A stretch of DNA of 38,978 bases from a virus. Lineage: Duplodnaviria; Caudoviricetes. Of this stretch, positions 26,066-36,218 are shown one piece after another. Position numbers and translations under genes: made by a program. How positions within the stretch are numbered: the first letter of the stretch is position 1; each line of letters begins with the position of its first letter. Where the stretch lies: IMG/VR virus record IMGVR_UViG_3300040733_000052, positions 1 to 38,978 of that record. One strand, 5' to 3'. The notes under the pieces were generated by a model, which had not been told where the DNA came from, did no database searches, and saw only the letters and a list, made by a program, of their open reading frames with translations.

Positions 26066-28745
26066 GATTAAGATAACGGCCATAGATGAAGCTACAAAAA
26101 AGATTGAAGAGATAAAAAAATCTTTCGAAGGGTTCGACAAAATTGGGAGCCTTTTACAAAACGTAGGAGGTCAATTAGCTGGAATAGGGGCGGCTATATC
26201 CGCTCCTATTATGGCTGCAACAAAGTCGTTTGCTGACTTTGAGCAATCGATAATATCGGCCGGAAATTATGCCAAGGCAACAGCATCGGAATTCGAAGCG
26301 ATGGAAAAAGCCGCGTCAGCCATAGGGAACGCACCACAATATTCTTCAACGCAAGTTGCCGAAGCAATGAACTTAATAGCACAAAGCGGGAATAATGCCG
26401 TATCAACGATGAAAGCAGTAGAAGCCGCAACTACTCTCGCAACAGCTTCACAAAAAAGCTTAACAGAATCAGCGGGAATCGTTGCCGAAATGATCGACAA
26501 ATTCGGTCTATCAGCAGATGAAGCCGCATCAGGGGTAAATACGTTGTACGCGGCGGCGCAAAACTCATCGGCATCGCTGGACGATATAACTGAATCCATG
26601 TTATCAATAGCTCCGACGACCAAAGCGCTTGGTTTGTCAATGACAGACACGGCCGCAGCACTTATGAAAATGTCAGAAAGAGGGGTTGCCGGTACGGAGG
26701 CCGCTACGGCATTACGCATGGCGTTATCGACGTTAGCTGCTCCTACAACGGAAACAATTGCCGTCCTTAAGGAAATGGGGGTATCTGCCGAGCAGGTAAA
26801 CCCTCAAATGAACTCGTTAGCCGATATTATAAAGGTTTTGCAGGCCGCAGGAATTGACGGGGCAAAAGCCATCGAACTATTCGGGAATAGAGTAGGGTCA
26901 TACGTAGCACCACTATTCGCTACGGGGGCTCAATCGGTAGATTATTATACACAATCGCTAAAGAATTCTGCAACTGCGGCAGAAGATGCCGCTGACAAAA
27001 TGGATAATACACTCGGCGGAGTTTTTAAGCGGATAAAAGCAACGTTCAGCACGATAGCCGCTGATATCGGTAAAGCAGTCGTGCCTATCGTACAGAAATT
27101 CGCGAGTGTTATACAAAATGTACTTTCCTGGTGGAAAAACCTCGATGACGGATTAAAAGACGGGATAGTCAGATTCGGGTTAATAGCAGGAGCGGTTGCA
27201 ACTGTAGCTGGTGGGTTAACGGCTATGGTAGGAACGATCATGAAGCTTGTTGATACTTGGAAATCATTCGCCGTTATCATGAACACGGCATTCAACAATA
27301 TACCGGGCATTATTACTTCAATAACTACTAAACTCGTTTCGATGGGTGCGACAATAACCGGTGTGAGCTCTACTGCGTCTACTGCTGGGAAAGCTATAAA
27401 CCTGGCTTTCGGTGCCGGAGCGGTATCATTAGTAACGGCCTTAGGCGGGTATATCGTTTGGCTTACGGCGAAATTCGTTGATGCCATTGCGCAAATTCGG
27501 AATATAAGCGATGAATGGAACAAAATGTACAATATGGATTTCGGCGGAAATAATGACGTATTCGCCGCATGGAATAAATCTTCTAACGAACTACAGCAGA
27601 GCATATCACTTACTCAAGCCGCCTTTGGGAAATTAAGAAAAGAAGCCGGCGGATTATCGACAGATAATGTTGAAGAACAAATAGCGGTATTAAGTAATAC
27701 CATGCTCGAGCTTGCAGAAAGAGCAATAGAAGCCGGTGGAGGTATAAAAGCATTTGGAGATTCGGCGCGCGGTGGAAGGCTGGACGAAGTTACAGAACAA
27801 ATAGCGGCGATAATCCTCGAAATGGAGAAGTTCGGCGTATCGGCAAGCTTAATAGACGAATGGCGAACTAAGTGGGGACAAGCACTTCCGGATTTAGATA
27901 AAACGCTAGACAAATCGAAAGACTTATCTAAAGCGATGGAAGACATTGGTATTTCCGCCAATAGCGCTACCGAAGAAATTAGCGCAGCTATGGCCGGCTT
28001 AACTGGCGACACGGGATTAGTTATAGATAATTTAAAGAAAATCGATTTCACTTCGATAAGCAATAACGCGTCCGAAACAGCAGACGCCGTATATAAAGCC
28101 TTTAGAGATGCCGGTATGTCATCGGCAGATGCGCTGAAGGCAATAAACAACCTTAATTTTAACCCGTTGAGTATTCGAGGCAATGAAATCGCTAAAGCGA
28201 TAACAGGAATATTTGAATCTACTGGGAAAGATGCTGCGCGCAGCCTTGGGGTTATCAATGAGCTGGAATTTTCTTCGTTGGATGACAAGGTAACGAACTT
28301 ATCCGAAAGCATATTTCGTACTTTAACCGATCTCGGGATAGATTCGAAAGTCGCGCTCGAAGCGATAAATAAAGTCAATTACGATCCGCTTAAGCAGACA
28401 ACAGAGGAAGCTCGACAATCTCTTATCGAGATATTCGAAGCAGCAGGATATTCCGCAGAAGAAGCTCAAAAGGAAGTTAATAAATTCGATTTAAAAAAGA
28501 TGAAGACCGAATCCGAATCGGCATCGAGCGCATTGAAAACTGAATTTTCCGACGTTAAAAAAACTGCTATAGAAGAATTCAATGAAATAAACTCAATATC
28601 ATTTGATAGGCTCAAATACAGCCTGTCGTCAGCCGTTGAATCTGGCGTCAATGCCGCCACTCAAAAACTCCAGGCACTTCTTGACATGATTAAAAAAGTA
28701 AACGACTCCGAAATAAAAATAGTCATAGACGCGGGAGGCGTGTAA
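26046..28745 (+). CDS. Tape measure protein (TP901-family core)
   Basis: Ala/Ser-rich 899 aa, TP901-like core ('YSSTQVAEAM', 'GVAGTEAATALR', 'ELFG'), hydrophobic segments, C-terminal 37-aa repeats. Confidence 0.92.
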   Translation: MSEPKVEIKITAIDEATKKIEEIKKSFEGFDKIGSLLQNVGGQLAGIGAAISAPIMAATKSFADFEQSIISAGNYAKATASEFEAMEKAASAIGNAPQYSSTQVAEAMNLIAQSGNNAVSTMKAVEAATTLATASQKSLTESAGIVAEMIDKFGLSADEAASGVNTLYAAAQNSSASLDDITESMLSIAPTTKALGLSMTDTAAALMKMSERGVAGTEAATALRMALSTLAAPTTETIAVLKEMGVSAEQVNPQMNSLADIIKVLQAAGIDGAKAIELFGNRVGSYVAPLFATGAQSVDYYTQSLKNSATAAEDAADKMDNTLGGVFKRIKATFSTIAADIGKAVVPIVQKFASVIQNVLSWWKNLDDGLKDGIVRFGLIAGAVATVAGGLTAMVGTIMKLVDTWKSFAVIMNTAFNNIPGIITSITTKLVSMGATITGVSSTASTAGKAINLAFGAGAVSLVTALGGYIVWLTAKFVDAIAQIRNISDEWNKMYNMDFGGNNDVFAAWNKSSNELQQSISLTQAAFGKLRKEAGGLSTDNVEEQIAVLSNTMLELAERAIEAGGGIKAFGDSARGGRLDEVTEQIAAIILEMEKFGVSASLIDEWRTKWGQALPDLDKTLDKSKDLSKAMEDIGISANSATEEISAAMAGLTGDTGLVIDNLKKIDFTSISNNASETADAVYKAFRDAGMSSADALKAINNLNFNPLSIRGNEIAKAITGIFESTGKDAARSLGVINELEFSSLDDKVTNLSESIFRTLTDLGIDSKVALEAINKVNYDPLKQTTEEARQSLIEIFEAAGYSAEEAQKEVNKFDLKKMKTESESASSALKTEFSDVKKTAIEEFNEINSISFDRLKYSLSSAVESGVNAATQKLQALLDMIKKVNDSEIKIVIDAGGV

Positions 28746-28747
28746 GC

Positions 28748-30001
28748 GTGGAAACGAGATATCCCGCCACTAAACAAGTTGAAAACCTTATTGCCAAAAT
28801 AAAGGAAGCTAATTCAGAAGTTCTCGAAATAAAAGTAGACAGTACCGCAGTAACTAATGTGAAAGAAACGGTAACTGGCCTTATTACGGCTGTACGTGAC
28901 GCATTAGGATCGATCGGGGTAAGCGCAAATGATACCCAAAAGATTATTGATAATATCGATTTCGAAACGTTAAAAGTTACCGTGGAAGATGCTGCTACGA
29001 CGATATATGAAGCGTTTAAGAATGCAGGATATTCTGCGGTAGAAGCACTGTCTGAGGTAAATAAGATGGGATTCGGCGACTTAATGTCAAATGCAAAAGT
29101 CGCTGCGGAAGTAGTAGAAGAAACTATCGGGAAGCTTGGGGATAGGATAGCCGAGGATGTTGGGAGTGCTCTTAATGCCGTAGACTTTACGACGATAGAT
29201 GACAAGGTAGAAACTCTTTCTCGTACTTTAATAGAAGCGTTTGCGGATACAGGAGTAGATATTAAGGAAGCGCTCAATAAGATAACAGAAGTAGATTTTA
29301 TGCCTATCGCGAACTCCGCCAGGGATGCTTCTGATAGAGTGTATAGTGCTTTTAAAGAAGCCGGATATAGTTCAACAGAAGCATTGCGCGAAATGCAAAA
29401 TTTAAACTTCGATACTACGGCACAAAAAGCGGAGTATGCGTCAGAAGTTATCGAATCTTCATTTGTTGAAGCTGGGGAGAAGGCAGCCGTAGGATTAGGT
29501 GTAGTAAACGATCTCAAATTTGCGGAACTCGATGATAAAGTTATGAAAGCCTCCTCCGATATTTATACGGCTCTCTCAGACGCAGGAGTCGATTCTAAAA
29601 CCGCGCTCGAAGCTATTAAAAACGTAGATTGGTCTTCGCTCAAACCTTCCGCCGATGATACAAAAAAAGCGATATACGAAGCGTTCGTTGCTGCCGGATT
29701 AGATTCTAAAACCGCGTTAGAAAAAACGAACGAAGTGTCATTCGCGACGCTTGAAAAAAACGCAGGTCGCACGCGCGAAATTATCGGGGCTGAGTTTGAA
29801 GCATTAGGGCGAGTAATAAATACTGAAATCGGGCAAATAAACGAAAAAAACTTTACGCAATTCGAGAATAGCGCGTCCGGAAATTTCGAAGCAGTTGCAA
29901 AAACAGCGAAAGAGCAGATCGAAGCTATAAACGCGAAGCTTAACGCTCTGGACGGTAAGATCGTGAATGTGACTGTAGTTGTAACTGAAAAGAAAGGGTG
30001 A
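28748..30001 (+). CDS. TMP-like helical repeat protein 2
   Basis: GGGAGG RBS and GTG start; made of the same 37-aa repeat as the TMP C-terminus (e.g. 'YEAFKNAGYSAVEALSEVNKMGF'). Confidence 0.75.
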   Translation: METRYPATKQVENLIAKIKEANSEVLEIKVDSTAVTNVKETVTGLITAVRDALGSIGVSANDTQKIIDNIDFETLKVTVEDAATTIYEAFKNAGYSAVEALSEVNKMGFGDLMSNAKVAAEVVEETIGKLGDRIAEDVGSALNAVDFTTIDDKVETLSRTLIEAFADTGVDIKEALNKITEVDFMPIANSARDASDRVYSAFKEAGYSSTEALREMQNLNFDTTAQKAEYASEVIESSFVEAGEKAAVGLGVVNDLKFAELDDKVMKASSDIYTALSDAGVDSKTALEAIKNVDWSSLKPSADDTKKAIYEAFVAAGLDSKTALEKTNEVSFATLEKNAGRTREIIGAEFEALGRVINTEIGQINEKNFTQFENSASGNFEAVAKTAKEQIEAINAKLNALDGKIVNVTVVVTEKKG

Positions 30002-30005
30002 TGGT

Positions 30006-31019
30006 ATGGCGGAAAGTGTAATCGATTCTCTATCTAAAAAGATAGACCAGCTCGAAACCGAAAGAACAATCACCATACGCGCAACTACGACTGACGCGAT
30101 TAACGCTATTGATTCTTTAGAAGAACGCTTAAAAATGATCGTTACATTAAGTAACGCTCTTGACAATACGTTTATAAGGTTAAGCGAGGACTTATCCGCA
30201 AAGTGGGCTGAAGCAAAGCAAAAAGCGATAGACGAATTCGCACAAACCGTGCAAGCCATAACCGGTATGATCCCATCCGAAAAACTCCAAAAATCTCTCG
30301 AATTTGAAGTAAGGATCGACACTTCGGTTGCTGGAAATCTTCTTTACGAGGCCGTGTACGACTGGGAAGCAATTATGGCAGACGCGGCGCAACAGATTGA
30401 GGATAAGTTCACAGAGGCTTTTACCAACATCCGAAGGCAATTCGTTAACACGTTTATGGATGGGTTCTCACAGGTCGCCGATGAAGCGGAAGCGTTCGCT
30501 ACACAACTAACCGCGATACTAGTAGACGCCGGGCTCGAGGCCAACGCTATATTAAACGCTTTAGCACTTATGGACTTCTCCGCTTTAGCGGATTCTGCGG
30601 AAGAGACCGCGCAAAAGCTTGTAGACCTTTTCTATAACGCCGGATTTACGATTGAACAGATGTTTAAAAACTTGTCTTATGTAGATTTATCCGATGAGAT
30701 CATGGATTGGATAAACAAACTTTGGTTATTGAAAGAGGCGGGCGAAGAAGTAAGAGATGCGTTTGACAATGGTAACTGGGTAGACGCGGTATTGCCTTAT
30801 GATGAAACAGAAAAAGACGGCGAAGTCATTAAGGCTACGCTCGAGGATGTTAAATCTCGCTTGGAAGAGTTAAACGATTCTAGAGCTACGGTGTCATTAG
30901 AAACACAAACCACGGTACAGGAAACTCATGACTTGCTTAACAATATCTCCGAAATACTTGAAAGAATTACGACTAAAAATCATCTGATTAACTTAACGCT
31001 GAGCGAGAAGGTGAGTTAA
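30006..31019 (+). CDS. TMP-like helical protein 3
   Basis: Acidic helical protein containing two degenerate repeat units ('ILVDAGLEANAILNALALMDF', 'LFYNAGFTIEQMFKNLSYVDL'). Confidence 0.65.
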   Translation: MAESVIDSLSKKIDQLETERTITIRATTTDAINAIDSLEERLKMIVTLSNALDNTFIRLSEDLSAKWAEAKQKAIDEFAQTVQAITGMIPSEKLQKSLEFEVRIDTSVAGNLLYEAVYDWEAIMADAAQQIEDKFTEAFTNIRRQFVNTFMDGFSQVADEAEAFATQLTAILVDAGLEANAILNALALMDFSALADSAEETAQKLVDLFYNAGFTIEQMFKNLSYVDLSDEIMDWINKLWLLKEAGEEVRDAFDNGNWVDAVLPYDETEKDGEVIKATLEDVKSRLEELNDSRATVSLETQTTVQETHDLLNNISEILERITTKNHLINLTLSEKVS

Positions 31020-31204
31020 TGATACTTGAAAGGTTAGAAAATATTGCTAATGCTCTTAAAGAAATAACTGATCAAAAACAAAAGGCAATAGATAGGCGTT
31101 CAGAGTCCCGATCCGATGTCGATATAAACAAACTCACGCAACGCATGGCTTCTCTCGAGCGCGAAGTCAAAGACCTTCCACTTCGATTCTTAAGGAGACA
31201 GTAA
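31019..31204 (+). CDS. Small coiled-coil protein
   Basis: TAATG-coupled on both sides. Confidence 0.65.
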   Translation: MILERLENIANALKEITDQKQKAIDRRSESRSDVDINKLTQRMASLEREVKDLPLRFLRRQ

Positions 31205-32877
31205 TGGGGCTACCAACAATAACACATGGTGAGGCTTATACCAGCAAGATAAAGTGTTCTGGAGTGAATGCGAAAATCGAGAGCTTTAACGCGACACTTA
31301 ACAGAGGATATACGCCTAACACGGCAAACCTCACATGCGTGACTAAAAATACGGAGTCGTGCCCGTTTACGCTAGGAACAGAATACGTTTTTACAACGGA
31401 TTACGAAAGTGCCACACCCGGTTCTGACACAACGATATTTACGGGATATGCGTACAAATTCAATTATGAAAATATTGCTCAAACAACGCATAAACGATGG
31501 ATGGTATCGCTTATCGACGCACTCGGAGACCTCGAGGCTTACGATGTCGATATCAAACCAATAGAAGGCGTTACGCCGGTACTCCAGAGTTACTATAAAA
31601 CCACGCTCCCGTTCGCGTATGCGGCGCTTCCTACTGAGGGATTCACCTATTCTGGTAACGCTCTACAAGGGCTCAAAGCCTACGACATGTGGCGCGGATA
31701 TTGCCCGTACGGAGGAGACGGGGACGAAGAAGGCGGGAGTTCGTTCGACCTGAACGCCGCGGGAATAAGAAAAGCATCTGGAGGCGAGAGTTTACCTGGA
31801 TCGTATGCGATAAAAGTTACTGCGCCTTATCACTCGGACACAGCCGAAGAACTGTCGTTGGCTTATTCTACAGCGAGTCAACAGTGGTGGATAGCGATGG
31901 CCGTAAAGAACGAAGATACGGGCAAGGTATTCGTGCTATTCATGACTTATGTAAAACACGCAGATATATCGGTTGAAGAAGGAAGTATACAGTCCGTTTA
32001 TTTTGACGAGAACGTCGAACCCGTGCATATATACACGCAAAGCCAGTACGAAACCTACATTGAGGGGAATCTACTATCAAGCCTCGGGCTCTCGTGGAGT
32101 GAAGGAGGGTACCCGTTTTTCGTTATCCCCGAAGACGACGATATCTACCTTATACTGGCTATCCCTAAGGTGTATTCGTTACCAGAAGAGGCTATTGAAG
32201 ATGAAGATGAGGACGCAATCAACATACAGCCCGATACCGCTGCGGCGGCAACATTCCTAACTAAATTCAAGGCCGAGTTACCGGACTTTATCACGATACA
32301 TCTAATATCCAGTTCGGCGGAATATACACTCACGTATCTCGTAGGTGATGAAGAAGAAGCAGATATCGTAGAGCTTTCACAAATACAAGACGAAGCAAGC
32401 TTAATAGCTTACGCAAATCATGAATATAATGAGCGCGTATACAACACTACGACTGCCTACGAATACGAATACGGAATGGTACAGATTCTCCCTATCGCCG
32501 TACATTATCCGCAGGCAACTACCAACCATACTTTTCAGGGGGCTGATCGGATATTAACGCAGACGATCGTTGATTATTCAGTTGATGACGGGATTAACGT
32601 TAGGCTCACATTCAAGGAGAAATCATCGTTATCCGGAAGCAAGCGCGTATTCCCGTCCGGGCTAACGATGCAGCGTGTTGCGGATTCGTATAACAGCACA
32701 CCTTCGATCATAATGAACATCCAATACGTGCACTATGACGCAGACGGGAATATATCTATATGCTGGAATGATGACACAATATCGACGTATACATCGAAAG
32801 AAATCGTTATCGGTGAAAACGGGATTCTCGTATGGAAAGCGCCACTGACGCGAAAGGAGAAGTTTAATTACGCATGA
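31204..32877 (+). CDS. Putative tail tip / baseplate hub protein
   Basis: Acidic beta-rich 557 aa after the TMP region; hub-like N-terminus ('PNTANLT...TIFTGY'). Confidence 0.55.
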   Translation: MGLPTITHGEAYTSKIKCSGVNAKIESFNATLNRGYTPNTANLTCVTKNTESCPFTLGTEYVFTTDYESATPGSDTTIFTGYAYKFNYENIAQTTHKRWMVSLIDALGDLEAYDVDIKPIEGVTPVLQSYYKTTLPFAYAALPTEGFTYSGNALQGLKAYDMWRGYCPYGGDGDEEGGSSFDLNAAGIRKASGGESLPGSYAIKVTAPYHSDTAEELSLAYSTASQQWWIAMAVKNEDTGKVFVLFMTYVKHADISVEEGSIQSVYFDENVEPVHIYTQSQYETYIEGNLLSSLGLSWSEGGYPFFVIPEDDDIYLILAIPKVYSLPEEAIEDEDEDAINIQPDTAAAATFLTKFKAELPDFITIHLISSSAEYTLTYLVGDEEEADIVELSQIQDEASLIAYANHEYNERVYNTTTAYEYEYGMVQILPIAVHYPQATTNHTFQGADRILTQTIVDYSVDDGINVRLTFKEKSSLSGSKRVFPSGLTMQRVADSYNSTPSIIMNIQYVHYDADGNISICWNDDTISTYTSKEIVIGENGILVWKAPLTRKEKFNYA

Positions 32878-33905
32878 GTAGAGCTACTAATCCTTATGGA
32901 TTCGTACCGTACATGAATGGGCCTTTAAGTACAGGATTAACCGGGATATGTCTATTAGGGATAAGACCTACCGGGGCGGAAGGAGAAATTTATCTAGAAG
33001 ATAACATTAAATGGTCAACTGACCCGACGGTCTCTTGGAACGATGCAATAAAATCCTCAGATGGTGATGAAGAATTAGGAAATAAGCTGCCACCTATTTG
33101 GGGATTCGAACAAAAGACAAGCTCAGAAATCGTCGCACATTCAGACAGTTTAAACAAACTGTATAAGAGCACAGATTACGGTAAAAATTGGAAATTATAT
33201 AGAACAATCCTTGTTGAAGGTTATGGCGTAACCGCATGTTGGAGTCTCGCATATTTGAAAAACGGAATATTCCTCGCGGTAGTAGAAACAACGAGTACCC
33301 CGATAATCGTTAAAAGCACAGACTACGGGGAAACGTGGTATAGCGTTCTGACTCTTCCTGCTGATGGGTCTCCTATTGCTACTGTGCTTAACTTTGGTAG
33401 CGGAATATGTATAGCCCACGACAGAAATAAAAAAATATATAAAACTGTCGATTACGGCGAAACATGGGTTCAGATAAATACCACCACCGATTATTTTGAT
33501 TGCAAACTTGTAAAAATAAATAACACTGACGCAATATCGGCCTGTGGTTATCGGTTCATTAAGTTAAGTAATTACGGTGAATTATTGTCTTACTTAGCCG
33601 TCGGACCGGAATACGGGCAAATCACTTCGATAAAAGCCGTTGAAATTAATGGGAATACCATTATGCTTGCTGGAACAGTTCCTACCGGGAAAGTTCTGAT
33701 ATCAACGGATTATTTCCAGACTTATACGGTATTAGCAAGTACCGGAGCCGTATACGTTACGGACATCGATTATCGCAACGGTATATTGCTCGTAGCACTC
33801 TGGTACCCCTCAAAACTGGTTTATTCCGATAATTTTGGCGAAACATGGAACGATGTAATGGATTTGAATTCGAACTGTTTTATATCAAGCATAAAAATAT
33901 TATAG
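32874..33905 (+). CDS. BNR/Asp-box beta-propeller protein (sialidase-like fold), probably tail-associated
   Basis: Asp boxes STDYGKNW, STDYGETW, TVDYGETW, STDYFQTY, SDNFGETW. Confidence 0.8.
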   Translation: MSRATNPYGFVPYMNGPLSTGLTGICLLGIRPTGAEGEIYLEDNIKWSTDPTVSWNDAIKSSDGDEELGNKLPPIWGFEQKTSSEIVAHSDSLNKLYKSTDYGKNWKLYRTILVEGYGVTACWSLAYLKNGIFLAVVETTSTPIIVKSTDYGETWYSVLTLPADGSPIATVLNFGSGICIAHDRNKKIYKTVDYGETWVQINTTTDYFDCKLVKINNTDAISACGYRFIKLSNYGELLSYLAVGPEYGQITSIKAVEINGNTIMLAGTVPTGKVLISTDYFQTYTVLASTGAVYVTDIDYRNGILLVALWYPSKLVYSDNFGETWNDVMDLNSNCFISSIKIL

Positions 33906-33915
33906 GAGGAACGAC

Positions 33916-34296
33916 ATGGCATATCTGGAAAGTTTGGCAGTCACGCTCTTTACGGCTTTATCAATCTCCGCTGGGAGTGTGTTTTCATCTGCGGTACAAA
34001 ACGAAGACAAAGCAATTTACGGAATATTACAAGCGTCAGTTACTTTTGCGACATCGGCCGCATCCGGAGCCGTGGTTATCGATGTCCTTACGAGCTCAGA
34101 TAACGTGAACTATGACACGAAGGCCGAAAGCGATTATTCATTCTCTCTCAATCCTTCGGATATGGATGACGCGTTTCTTCTCCGGCGCACCTTCGGGTTC
34201 AATTTACAAGGAATAAAGTACATGAAAGCGCAGGTAGCCAACAACGATTCATCCGCGGTAGCCTTGACCCTCAAACACGTGAAAGCGACGATCTAG
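33916..34296 (+). CDS. Putative virion structural protein (beta-sandwich)
   Basis: AGGAGG RBS; beta-rich 126 aa in the tail region. Confidence 0.6.
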   Translation: MAYLESLAVTLFTALSISAGSVFSSAVQNEDKAIYGILQASVTFATSAASGAVVIDVLTSSDNVNYDTKAESDYSFSLNPSDMDDAFLLRRTFGFNLQGIKYMKAQVANNDSSAVALTLKHVKATI

Positions 34297-34300
34297 TATT

Positions 34301-34483
34301 ATGATGGACGTAGCTCTTATCGATTCAGTCGAAAAACGGAAACCAGCGTTACTTAATTCGGCATCGGAGCTGCTTGATCAGGCATTTATTACTTCATTCA
34401 CGTGTGAGCAAATAGAAACGGCTGTATGGGGCATCGGGCTGAAGGTCACGCGCGATTTCAGGAGAGTGATACGCAATGATTAA
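34301..34483 (+). CDS. Hypothetical protein
   Basis: Fills the gap and overlaps the next gene; weak RBS. Confidence 0.4.
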   Translation: MMDVALIDSVEKRKPALLNSASELLDQAFITSFTCEQIETAVWGIGLKVTRDFRRVIRND

Positions 34484-34769
34484 GCTATTGCAGGGAGATA
34501 CCGGTACACTCGAATACATATTTACGTATAACGACGAACTTACGTCGCTCTCTTCGGTCATATTCAATCTTTATAACTCCGCTGCGTCGGTCGTAGATAC
34601 TCTAACGCTTGGCGTAGATGCCAAGATTACCGAGTCAAGCACAGGTACATACGAAATCGTACTCGAGACACAAGAATTGCAAATCGGATCATATTATGCC
34701 GAATTGTCTGGGTACTATGGTGGATATAAACAACTCAAACGCGAGCCTATGAGGCTCTCGTTCGTATGA
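34476..34769 (+). CDS. BppU-N/Ig-like small tail protein
   Basis: 'LLQGDT.TL.Y', 'GTYEIVL.T..L..GSYYAEL' pattern. Confidence 0.6.
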   Translation: MIKLLQGDTGTLEYIFTYNDELTSLSSVIFNLYNSAASVVDTLTLGVDAKITESSTGTYEIVLETQELQIGSYYAELSGYYGGYKQLKREPMRLSFV

Positions 34770-34785
34770 GGAGCGGTGATAAGCA

Positions 34786-35394
34786 ATGGCGCTAAAACTA
34801 TGGAAAGATGAAGCGAAGACAACAGCGCTGCGCTCAGAACTCGGTAAAATTACCGGGAACGGTTCGCTGGCAACGGTATCATGTGCTACTCCAGATCACG
34901 TGCGGAGGTATACCGCTACCGAGGCGTTCGGGAAGCTCTTAACGGAGACAACGCAATACACATTCGCGGATGGCGTGTTAACAATGGTGACGACGCCGGT
35001 CACGGGTGAAAGCGTTGTTGCTTTAAGTTCCGGCGAGTACATCTTTGAGACCCTTGACGCCGCCGGAAACGACTCGCTTGAGGCTAACCGCGTATTGGAA
35101 CAGATCGTATACGTTGAATCCGCCGATGCGGATGCAGTTAATGTAGTAATATCTCTGAACGATTACTACTCCGGCGGTGGTTTATCCGTAGCGCATCACT
35201 TTCTCTCGCTTGACTCCGGGGGAGTCGCACAGGGATATTTATCCGGAGGTTCGGCCCTATCGATCGGTACGATCTCTTCAGGATCGGTTATCCCGTTCTG
35301 GTGCAAATCGATCATCCCGTTAGGCACCGCAATGCTAAATTACAACGATATTTATTTCAAAGGCGATTCGAAGAATTACAGCACGGAGCCTTAA
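34786..35394 (+). CDS. Putative tail/baseplate structural protein
   Basis: 202 aa beta-rich; 'ALSIGTISSGSVIPFW'. Confidence 0.55.
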   Translation: MALKLWKDEAKTTALRSELGKITGNGSLATVSCATPDHVRRYTATEAFGKLLTETTQYTFADGVLTMVTTPVTGESVVALSSGEYIFETLDAAGNDSLEANRVLEQIVYVESADADAVNVVISLNDYYSGGGLSVAHHFLSLDSGGVAQGYLSGGSALSIGTISSGSVIPFWCKSIIPLGTAMLNYNDIYFKGDSKNYSTEP

Positions 35395-35399
35395 CGGTA

Positions 35400-36212
35400 A
35401 TGATATACGGCAACCGTATATACGGTCAGGATATCTACGAAAAGGACCGTGGAAGTGTTGAGAGCATCGCCTATGTTGCGAAAGAAAGAGTCGCGCGTAC
35501 CGATGAAGAATCTGCGCTATTGCTTAGAGAACTGGTAACTGATAATACTCCGATGTCTGTTGCCGCTCGTGAACAAATAAGTGAGATAGCACGGGAAAGC
35601 TCGATAGCACGGGAAGCGGTATATGCGCTCGAAGCACTCGATTTACCAACGCGTGAAATGATCGCCAGGATAGATACGCTCATCGGGGGCGCGAGAGAAC
35701 CCGTATACGAGAGTGTATCGCTGCGGAATATTGTACGCGAGGTCGTACATGAAACATTAGCGGCAATCGGATTAGCGCGCGAACGGGTGTATACCAGTGC
35801 GGAGATAGTTGGCGTATTGCGTGACGTTATCTCGGATATCATAAGTATTATCGGAACAACAAGGGAAAAGATTGGGAAAATAATAGAAACATCAGGAGTG
35901 GCTCGCGAACGCATTTCTGAACATGGCGAAATGATGTTAAGCGTTATGCGGGAGAACATCGCGAGCATAGAACATACGGTTAATCCCTTGCGCGAAATTA
36001 TAAGCGAGTTAGTAGTAGCCGTAAATTCCCCCATGAATGAAGCGGTGACTTCAAGCTTAATAGAAGGGCTTCTATCATACGCAGAACGAATCAATTATCT
36101 GTTTGTTCATTCCCCGCGTGGTAATTATCATGAAACTAAAAGTGGCAACGCTTACTTGACTGCTAACGGCGAAACCTACTATCGAACAGTAAATCGACCT
36201 TACACGGAATGA
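35400..36212 (+). CDS. Fibrous repeat protein with 14-aa 'RE' periodicity
   Basis: Start MIYGNRIYG at 35400; R-E recurs every 14 residues. Confidence 0.65.
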   Translation: MIYGNRIYGQDIYEKDRGSVESIAYVAKERVARTDEESALLLRELVTDNTPMSVAAREQISEIARESSIAREAVYALEALDLPTREMIARIDTLIGGAREPVYESVSLRNIVREVVHETLAAIGLARERVYTSAEIVGVLRDVISDIISIIGTTREKIGKIIETSGVARERISEHGEMMLSVMRENIASIEHTVNPLREIISELVVAVNSPMNEAVTSSLIEGLLSYAERINYLFVHSPRGNYHETKSGNAYLTANGETYYRTVNRPYTE

Positions 36213-36218
36213 GGTGAT

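Noticed and set aside
28743-31021. Stop-codon reassignment or readthrough fusing the TMP-like ORFs
   Set aside because: Successive ORFs are in different frames and have their own RBS; TAA, TGA and TAG all act as normal stops elsewhere.
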